Assembly: GCA_016209035.1 (NCBI GenBank)
Contig: JACQWX010000029.1
Coordinates: forward strand, 1,676 to 65,675
DNA: 64,000 nucleotides
Origin: Elusimicrobiota bacterium
Lineage (GTDB): Bacteria > Elusimicrobiota > Elusimicrobia > UBA1565 > UBA9628
Reading direction: 5' to 3'
The translations under genes were made by a program, and so were the position numbers. Numbering within the stretch: position 1 is the first letter of the stretch; each line of letters begins with the position of its first letter. Under the pieces are notes generated by a model. That model was not told where the DNA came from. It ran no database searches and worked only from the letters and a program-made list of their open reading frames with translations. Positions 9,385-18,200 of the stretch are shown here, piece by piece.

Positions 9385-9817
9385 CGGCATCATCCTTCTG
9401 GTCGAGGACGACCCGGACGACGAGGCCTTGACCCTGCGCGCGCTCAAGACGAACAACATCTTGAACGAGGTCGTGGTGGCCCGCGACGGGGCCCGGGCCC
9501 TGGACTACCTCCGCGGCCTGAGCGCCCCAGGGACTGCCGGACGAGGAGTCTTGCCGGCCGTGGTCCTGCTGGACTTGAAGCTCCCGAAGATCAGCGGCCT
9601 GGAGCTGTTGGAGCGCATCCGGCTGGACGAGCGCACCAAGCTCCTCCCGGTGGTCATCCTCACCTCTTCCAAGGAGGAGGCCGACCTGGTCAACGGGTAC
9701 AAGCTCGGGGCCAACAGCTACGTGCGCAAGCCGGTCGATTTCGCCGAGTTCGCCCAGGCGGTGCGCCAGCTCGGGCTCTACTGGCTGATCCTCAACGAGC
9801 CGCCGCCCCCGCCCTGA
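9371..9817 (+). CDS. Single-domain (CheY-like) response regulator
   Basis: Starts at MKPNDGIILLVEDDPDDE and has the phospho-acceptor region VVLLDLKLPKISG and SYVRKP. The start overlaps the kinase stop, and GGAGG precedes the ATG. Confidence 0.8.
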   Translation: MKPNDGIILLVEDDPDDEALTLRALKTNNILNEVVVARDGARALDYLRGLSAPGTAGRGVLPAVVLLDLKLPKISGLELLERIRLDERTKLLPVVILTSSKEEADLVNGYKLGANSYVRKPVDFAEFAQAVRQLGLYWLILNEPPPPP

Positions 9818-9829
9818 CAGGAGCATCCC

Positions 9830-11377
9830 ATGGCGAAACCCCTGCGCGTATTGGTCATCGAGGACTCGGAGGAAGACACCCTCCTCCTCGTCCGCCAGCT
9901 GCGGCAGGCGGGCTATGAGCCCGCCTGGAAGCGGGTGGACGGCCCCGAGTCCATGGCCGAGGCCCTCGGCGAGGGTCCGTGGGACATCCTGATCTCGGAC
10001 CACTCCCTTCCCCATTTCAACGCTCTCAAGGGCCTCGAGATCATCAAGGAACGGGGCCTCGACCTCCCCGTCATCATCCTCTCGGGCACGATCGACGAGG
10101 CTGAGGCGGTCGCGGCCATGCGGGCCGGGGCGAGCGACTTCATCTCCAAGGAGCACACGGCGCGGCTCCTGCCCGCCATCGAGCGCGAGCTCAGGGAAGC
10201 CGAGGCCAGGCGCGCGGCCAGGCAGGTTTCGGAGCAGTTCCGGCAGTCCCAAAAGCTGGAGGCCGTTGGCCGGCTCGCGGGCGGCGTGGCCCACGACTTC
10301 AACAACCTCCTGACCACCATCATGGGCAACTGCGAGTTCCTCCTGGAAGCCACGGCGGCCGGCGACCCCAAGAGGAAGGACCTCGAGGAGATCAGAGCGG
10401 CCGGGCAGAAGGCCGCCGCCCTCACCCGGCAGCTTCTGGCCTTCAGCCGCAAGCAGATCCTGCAGCTCAAGGTGCTGGACCTCAACGCCGTGGTCGCGGA
10501 CTCCGAGAGGCTCCTGCGCCGGCTCATCGGCGAGGACATCGCCCTGAGGGTGGCCATGGGGAAGGACCTCCCGCCCATCAAGGCCGACCCCGGCCAGATC
10601 GAACAGGTCGTCATGAACCTCGCGGTGAACGCCCGGGACGCCATGCCCCGCGGCGGCAAGCTCACCATCGCCACCTCGAATTACGTCGTGGATGAGAACC
10701 ACCCCAGGGTCGAGTTCGACGTCAAGCCCGGCCCCCACGTCATGCTGTCGGTCAGCGACACGGGCTGCGGCATGGACGAGACCGTGCGCCCGAGGATTTT
10801 CGAGCCCTTCTTCACCACCAAGGAGCTGGGAAAGGGCACGGGCCTGGGGCTCTCCACGGTCTACGGCATCGTCAAGCAGAGCGCGGGCTGCGTCTGCGTC
10901 CAGAGCCGGCCGGGCGAGGGGACGACCTTCAAGATATGCTTCCCCGCGGCGTCCGGGCCGGCCGAACCGTTGGCCAAGGAGGCCGCTCCCCGGTCCCTCA
11001 AGGGCTCGGAGACCATCCTCGTCGTGGAGGACGACGAGAAAGTGCGCGCCCTCGTCAAGAGGATCCTCTCCTCGCGCGGGTACCTCGTCCTGGCCGCCGC
11101 GGACGGGGACGAGGCCCTGCGCATCAGCGCGGAGCGCCGGGACGCCATCCACCTGGTCATCACGGACGTGGTGATGCCGAGGATGAGCGGGGCGGACCTT
11201 GCCCGGGAGATCCGCAAGTCGCGGCCGATGGCAAAGGTGCTCTACCTCTCCGGCTACACGGACGACGTAATCGCCGAGCGGGGGATCCTCAAGCCCGGGA
11301 TCCGGCTCCTCCAGAAGCCCTTCGACGCGGATATCCTCTGCCGCAGGGTGCGGGAAGCAATCGAGAGCGCCCCATAG
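9830..11377 (+). CDS. Hybrid sensor kinase/response regulator (REC - HisKA - HATPase_c - REC)
   Basis: The N-terminal REC has [11 protein letters not shown] and ILISDHSLP. The kinase core has the H-box [12 protein letters not shown], the N-box [10 protein letters not shown], and the G-boxes DTGCGM and GTGLGLSTV. The C-terminal REC has [10 protein letters not shown] and [13 protein letters not shown]. Confidence 0.8.
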   Translation: MAKPLRVLVIEDSEEDTLLLVRQLRQAGYEPAWKRVDGPESMAEALGEGPWDILISDHSLPHFNALKGLEIIKERGLDLPVIILSGTIDEAEAVAAMRAGASDFISKEHTARLLPAIERELREAEARRAARQVSEQFRQSQKLEAVGRLAGGVAHDFNNLLTTIMGNCEFLLEATAAGDPKRKDLEEIRAAGQKAAALTRQLLAFSRKQILQLKVLDLNAVVADSERLLRRLIGEDIALRVAMGKDLPPIKADPGQIEQVVMNLAVNARDAMPRGGKLTIATSNYVVDENHPRVEFDVKPGPHVMLSVSDTGCGMDETVRPRIFEPFFTTKELGKGTGLGLSTVYGIVKQSAGCVCVQSRPGEGTTFKICFPAASGPAEPLAKEAAPRSLKGSETILVVEDDEKVRALVKRILSSRGYLVLAAADGDEALRISAERRDAIHLVITDVVMPRMSGADLAREIRKSRPMAKVLYLSGYTDDVIAERGILKPGIRLLQKPFDADILCRRVREAIESAP

Positions 11378-11446
11378 CGCAAGATTATTTTTTCTTAATA
11401 CGAGAGACCCCGCAGCGACCGTTTTTTGGTAAAATGCTTCTTTCAG

Positions 11447-12268
11447 ATGACGCGAACCTGCGTTGTCCTGTCGTCTTTTATCCTGCTGGCTTCGGTCCCG
11501 ACCAGGGCGCTTGAGCTCTCCCTGGAGGAGAACCGGGCGCAGCGCGGCTCCGTCGGCTACGTCGACATGGGCAGGGTCTTCAAGCTCAACCCCGAGACCT
11601 TCCGGGCCAAGGAGTCCTTCGAGGACGCCGTCCGCCAGGCCGAGGAGGGCGTCAACATCCGCAAGGCCGAGGTCATGCGCCTGCGCAGCGAGCTCGCCGC
11701 GCTCAAGGCGGAACGCGAAGTGCTGGCCAAGGCGGCGGCCGAAGCGGCGGCCGCGCAGGCCCGATTGGAGGCCGCGGCGCAGGCCGCCGACGCCCTTCCC
11801 GAAGGCGACCGCGACGCTCGGCCTCCGGCCTCGACCGCGGCGCAGGCGGCCATCGCCTCGACCCAGGTGCCTGGCTCCACCTTCACCGCGCCCGCGCCGA
11901 CTCTCCCCGCCGCCTCGGTCCCGGCAGCAGCGGCGGGGGTTCCGGAACCGCCGCCGCCCCCCTCCCCGAAGACCCCGTCGCCTCAGGAGACCGCGCTGGC
12001 GGACGTGGACGCCAAGATCGAGAAGAAAGCGGCGGAGTTGACGCAGAAGGAGTCGGAGTTCAAGAACCTCCAGGCGATGGCGGAAAAGAACCTCCTGGAC
12101 CTCGAGAGCCGCAAGACGGAGATCCTCCTGGGCAAGATCCACAAGGCCATCATGGACGTCGCCCGCAAGGAGGGCGTCAGCGTTGTGGTGGACAAGAACA
12201 GCATCCTCTACGGCCACGAGGCCGTGGATCTCACGGAGAAGGTCCTCCAGGCCCTGAGGGGCGGATGA
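11447..12268 (+). CDS. OmpH/Skp-family periplasmic chaperone with Ala/Pro-rich low-complexity insert
   Basis: It has a signal peptide and coiled-coil Ala/Glu-rich segments. The conserved Skp C-terminus reads LGKIHKAIMDVARKEGVSVVVDKNSILYG, and the gene sits immediately upstream of lpxD as in the classic skp-lpxD-fabZ-lpxA arrangement. Confidence 0.65.
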   Translation: MTRTCVVLSSFILLASVPTRALELSLEENRAQRGSVGYVDMGRVFKLNPETFRAKESFEDAVRQAEEGVNIRKAEVMRLRSELAALKAEREVLAKAAAEAAAAQARLEAAAQAADALPEGDRDARPPASTAAQAAIASTQVPGSTFTAPAPTLPAASVPAAAAGVPEPPPPPSPKTPSPQETALADVDAKIEKKAAELTQKESEFKNLQAMAEKNLLDLESRKTEILLGKIHKAIMDVARKEGVSVVVDKNSILYGHEAVDLTEKVLQALRGG

Positions 12269-12269
12269 A

Positions 12270-15200
12270 ATGAGCCTTTCTCTTTCCGGGCTTCTCGCCG
12301 TTCTCCTCTCGGGCGTCCCGACTGCCTCCGCGTCCACCGGCGCCATCTCGGGAACCATAATTTATGATGCCGGCTTCACCCCCGGCTCGACCATAACGGT
12401 CGTAGTCTCGACCGACATGTTTCGCGGGGAGATGATCTCCGCCACCGTCACGTCCGCCGGCGGCACGACCGTCGCCTACTCCCTGGAGCTGCCTGCCCCC
12501 GAGTCCTACGTCATCGGGGCCTTCGTCGGCGACAACCTGGATTCCCTGAGTCCCTCTACCCCGCTGGGATTCTATCAGGACTTCACCCTGGTGCCGCTCT
12601 CCGCGGGCGAGACCGTTTCCGGCAAGGATTTCTCTCTGGCGCTCGACGGCCAAAGCCCGACCTCAGGCTTCACTTCGCCCGCGGCGGGCTCGACCATCAC
12701 AGCTCTCTCCACCCTGGAAGGAACCGCAACCGACAACCTGGGCGCCGAAGCCTACCCCGACATGGCCGCCCTGGACCTGACCAACGGCAAGTGGTGGAGT
12801 CCCTGGGACCGGGTCTGGATCGCCACTACCACAACGCCGCTCTACTACGGAGTGGGGGCGGACGCAGCCGGCAAGCCGAGCACATTCACATGGACGATGG
12901 ACATAAGCACCGGCTCCGGCGGTTGGCGGTTCGGCGGCCTGGCCGGCTATCTTGCGAACAACCATCGCTACCGCCTCTACGCCAGCTTCGGCGACTATGT
13001 CGGCAACCGGCAGGCCCCGCCCGCGACGGCCGAGTTCACCTGGGACGGCCCGACCGGAGACTTGCTGCCCCCAGCCCCCGAATACGTGGACGGCTCTGCC
13101 CTCGGGACCTCGTCAATCGCCTGGCGGTGGGGAGCGGTCACGGACGCGACGGGCTACTCGGTCTATGAGTCCTCTGAGGGGCCGTTGATCGCCGCGGTCG
13201 CGACCAACACCTACACCTCGGCGGGATTCTCCACCAACACCGGGCACATGATATGCGTCTCCGCTTCCAACGAATACGGCGAGAGCCCCAGGAAGTGCCT
13301 GCCCTACTTCCTGTTCACCTTGGCCGCGGTCCCGGGAGAGCCTCGGGCGCTCGTCAGAAGTTCCACGACCATCACCTGGGAATGGGACCCAGAGACCAAT
13401 CCGGCCGCGACGTTCTACGAGCTGGCTCTCTCGACCGACGACTTCGCATCCGGCGCCGGCGCTTTGCTCGGCTTCAACTTCTCCACCGGGACCGCGACCA
13501 CCGGCCTGGAGCCGGACACGACCTACTACGCCCGGGTACGGGCGGCCAACGGCAACTTCATCCTGACCGGATTCTCGGGCTCGGGCTCGACCAAGACTTT
13601 GATCGCGGCCCCTTTGCCGCCGGTGAACCTCTCCGCGGTCTTCGACCGCGTCGATGCGGCCGTCAACCTGTCGTGGGAACCCGCTCCCACCGGCTCTCCA
13701 GCCGTCTACTTTGACATCAGCCGGAGCGCGAGCCCGACAGGCTCCTTTGTCTTGATTTCGACCGGCCTGACCGCGACTTCCTATATAGACCGGCCGCCGG
13801 CGTCGGCCGCGTATTACTATAGGGTCTATTCTGTCGGCGAATTCGGTGCGCCGAGTACCCTCCCGGCGACGGCGAACGCGCTCTTCGACGTCATACCGCC
13901 GCAGGCCGTCACGGGCCTCGGCCTGGCCGGCCTGCGGCCGGCCCAAAACGAAGTCGTTCTCTCCTGGACGGCTCCTTCGGACGACTACTCGGGCGTGAGC
14001 CGCTACCTGGTCCTCTCCTCGACCATGGCGGATTTCTCGGCCGGGGTCGCGACCCAGACCTGGGACTCCTCCGCCGTCCCAGGCAGCACGGTGACGGCCA
14101 CGGTATGGGTCAGCACGACTCAAAGCCAATACTTCGCGGTCATCGCCCAAGACGCCGTTGGCAACGAATCCAGCCGCTCGACGAGCATCCTGGTAGACGC
14201 CGTTCCTCCCGTCATTACCTCCTTCAACCTCGCCGAAGGCGAGGTGGTCTCCAGGCCCAGGCTGCTGAATGTCCAGGCCTCCGACAACCAGGGCTTCTTT
14301 GACAGCCTTTTCTACAAGATTGACGGCGTGGTGGTCAGCACCATCTCCTATGGGCAGCCCCATGCCTACTTCTGGGATACCAGGGACTACGCCCAGGACG
14401 GCCCGCATTCCGTGGAAGTCATCGTCCGGGACAACTTCGGCAACGAGGCGGCCTTGAGCCGTTCGGTCACGGTCGTCTATTCCACGCCTGCCGCGCCCGT
14501 TTTCTACGCTCCCCAAGAGGGCTTCACGACCCGGGTAGCCACGGTCAGCGTCCAGATCCTGGCCGAGCCCTATACGGCCGTCAGAGTCCTTGCTGACTCG
14601 GTGGAGATCGCCACCGCGGCCTTGGGCCAGAATGCCTGGCTCTTCACGACCGTGTCCCTGCCGGCCGAGGGAGACATCGCCCTGGCAGCGGTCACCTTCG
14701 AACCCAGGGGCGAAAGCTCGACTTCGACTCCCGTCCATGTCGCGTATTTCTCCGAGCCGCCCCTGCCGCCCGAGAGTCTCTTCGCGGCCGTTGACCTCCA
14801 GGCAAGGTCCATCACCCTTTCATGGCAGCCTGCGGCCTCGGGAACGCTTGCCACGGCCTTCAATGTCTACCGCGGCACCCAGCCCGCCGGAGCGGAGCTT
14901 CTCCGCTCCGGCGTAACGACCTTCTATTATCTGGACCAGCCCCTGCTTTCAGCTACCTATTACTACCGCATCAGCGCGACTCACGGCGCCGGGCTGGAAG
15001 GCCAGCCTTCCAGCCCGGTGAGCGCCTTCTTCGACATCTATCCGCCGCAACCTGTCAGCGACCTGCGCGCTGGAGACTACAGGCCCTCCCAGGCCCAGTT
15101 GGACCTGATCTGGACCGCGCCGCAGGATGATTTCTCGGGTCTTAGCCGCTACGTCCTGTACGATTCGACGACCGGGGTCTTCGACGCCGGCTCATCGTCT

Positions 15201-18200
15201 ACCGTCATCCAGGCCATTTCCCAGCCTGGCGAGACCGACGGCTACACGGTCAGCGTGGCTACCACCCAGACCCGCTACTTCAGGCTCAAGGCCGGGGACA
15301 GGGCCGGAAACCTCTCCACATTCTCCAACACCCTCTTCTTCGACCCGATCCCGCCGCAGATCGTCTCCGTGGACCTTGCCGAGGGCCCGGTCGTCTCCCG
15401 CCCCAGAAGCGTGACCGTCCAGGCCACGGACAACGTCGGGCTTGCCCAAGTCCTGTTCCGCGTTGACGGCGCGACCGTCGCCAGCATGGCTTCGCCGCCC
15501 TATTCCTTCATATGGGACACGCGTTTGCACTCGGACGGCATGCATGTGTTGCGGGGCGTCGCATACGATGTTGCCGGCAACACAGGAATTGCCGAGATCC
15601 CCGTGACGCTCAATTACATGCCCCCTGCGGCGCCGACCATTCTGTCTCCGGCGACCGGGTATGCCACGACGGTCGCGACCGTGAGCCTCTCAGGCATTGC
15701 GGAGGCCGGGACCACGGTTCAGCTTTTGATCAACGGCGGCCTGGCGTCGAGCGTGTGGGTCCCGCTCCAAGGAGGAATCGGAGGGTTCCAGTTTACGGAC
15801 GTGCCTCTCGCCTCGGAAGGCGTCAACACCTTGAACGTGCGGTCGTCGGACATCAAGGGAGCAAGTGCCAACTCCTCGGCCATCCAGGTGTTTCTGTATT
15901 TGGCGGCGCCTCCGCCTCCGCAGGGCGTGACGGCCGAGGCCCAGCCTGGAGGAACGGTCCGATTGGACTGGGTCGTGCCGTCCACTGGAACCGTCGCATT
16001 CTATAGGGTCTACAGAAGCACGGATGAGACCGTTTTCCTGAGCACCGAGCCCCTAGCCGCGGGCTTGAGGATCGCCGACAACGTCGTTGCCGTTCCTTTC
16101 CTGGACTCGCCGTCCACTGAAGCGGCCTACTTCTACGCCGTGACAGCCAACGATCCTGTGGGCAACGAAAGCTACTTGTCCGACATCGTATCAGCCGTCT
16201 CGGACAGGGGAGCCCCTTCCGCCTCGTTCCAGCTTGAGTCCGCCACCGGGCCTCTCGGTCCCGGGCAGCATCCTCTCCTGCTCACAGTGAGCGAGAACCT
16301 TGTCGCGATCCCCATCGTTACTTTCACGCCGCTGAACGGTTCCCCGCTTCCCGTGAACCTCGCGCCCCTTTCGCCCCTAGTCTGGAGAGGGACCGTCACC
16401 GTGACTTCAGCCATGCAGGAAGGAGCGGCAAACCTTGGCTTCCAGGGCTCCGACTATGTCGGCAACGTGGGCACTACGATAATCGCGGGAGGCACCCTGG
16501 TTCTTGACACCAAGGGCCCCTTGGGCGCGGTCTCCTTGGGCAAGGCTTCACCTGTGGGTCCCGGCCCCCTGGCCTTGACCTTGACCCTGAACGAGCCGGC
16601 AGTATCCACGCCTTCGCTTTCCTTCACGCCCTACGGCGGTTCGCCCCTGCCCATAGCCTTGGCCCAGTCCGTGGGCTCGACCGACAACAAGTCGTGGTCA
16701 GGGACAATTCTTGTCTCCTCCGGGACCGGCGACGGCCAGGCGACCTTCGCCTTCAGCGGCCAGGACCTGGTGGGCAACGCCGGAGACTCGCTCTCCGGAG
16801 GGACGACCTTCTTCGTGGTGGACGCGGTCCCGCCTGGCGCGCCCCGGTACCTGACCCCTGTCCCAGGCAAGGCGGGCGTCGTCCAATTGTCTTGGACAGT
16901 CCCCTTGGGCGAGAGGCCGTCGCGGTACACGGTCTACCGCGATGGGGAAAGAATCGCCGATGCGGTCCCTGTGAATTCCGACGGTTCCGGGACGTTCTCC
17001 GACCTCCCTGCCGAAGGCTCCCATGAGTACGCCGTAAGCGCCCTGGACGCCGCTGCCAACGAGGGTTCGCTCTCCGACCCCGTTTCCGCGACTTCGGACG
17101 CGACGGCTCCGCCTGCGCCCGCGAATCTGACTGCCGTACTCTACGGGTTCGGCCAAATTCAAATCACCTGGGAGCCTGGAGCCGGCGAGAGCCTTGCAAG
17201 CTACCGCCTCTACCGGACCACACACTCCATTTCGACCTTGGCCGGGCTGACACCCAGGCCTGCAGCCTCGCCCTACCTCGACTCGCCCACGGAGGACGCC
17301 ACCTACCATTATGTCGTGACCAGCCTGGACTCAGCCGGCAATGAGAGCCCCCCATCCTCCGAGGTTTCGCTCCTCTTTGACAAGGCCGCGCCGAGGATAG
17401 CTGTCTCAGGGGTGGCGGAAGGCGGGTTCTATAACGGGCCCGTGCTGCCTTCCTGGACCGTCGCGGACGGCAACCTTGATCCGTCGAGCGCGCGAGGCGC
17501 GCTCGATGGGAATCCGTTCGTTTCAGGTTCCATGGTTTCCGCCGAAGGCGGGCACGTTCTCTTGGTCACGGCCTCGGACACTGAAGGCCACGCCTCGACC
17601 GCGACGGTCTCCTTCACCCTGGACCTGACAACGCCGGCTATCAACATCTCCGGGGTCCAGGAAGGCGGGGTCTACCGCGGCACTGTGGCCGCGGTGATCA
17701 CGGCAACGGACCTGCATCTCTTGTCCACAAGCTACCTGCTCACGAACCTCACCCTGAATACCACGGTTCCCTATTCGTCCGGGGAGCCCATGGCGAGGAA
17801 CGGGTCCTATGTCCTGCGAGCCCAGGCCCAGGACAGGGCCGGGAATGATAGGACATCCGAGGTCTCCTTCACTCTGGAGGTTGGGCCGATAGCGCCCTTG
17901 AACCTTGCGGTGGAAGCGGCCAAAAGCGCTGGAGCGCGGTTGACTTGGCAGAAGCCCGAGCCCGGCGTGATCGCCTACCGGGTCTACCGTGACGACGCCA
18001 GGATCAGCGCGAGCCTTTACCAGGAGACGAGCTTCCAGGACAGCGGGTTCATCGCAGGGACAGAGCGCGTCTATGAAGTGTCGGCCGTGGACTATTCCGG
18101 GATAGAGGGTCCGAAGGCCAGAGTCACCGTGCCTGCGGTCTCCCTTGAGCTTGCGGGCTACGGCACGGCCAGGGATGGCAAGCAGTACCTGACCAGGGGC

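Noticed and set aside
9353-12358. 1001-aa minus-strand ORF
   Set aside because: It is the antisense of the hybrid kinase and skp genes. The composition is Arg/Gly/Leu-rich junk, and the opposite strand carries clear HisKA/HATPase/REC motifs.
13113-14738. 541-aa minus-strand ORF inside giant 1
   Set aside because: It is antisense to the FN3/Ig-coding sequence and shows no motifs. GC-rich antisense frames are commonly open.
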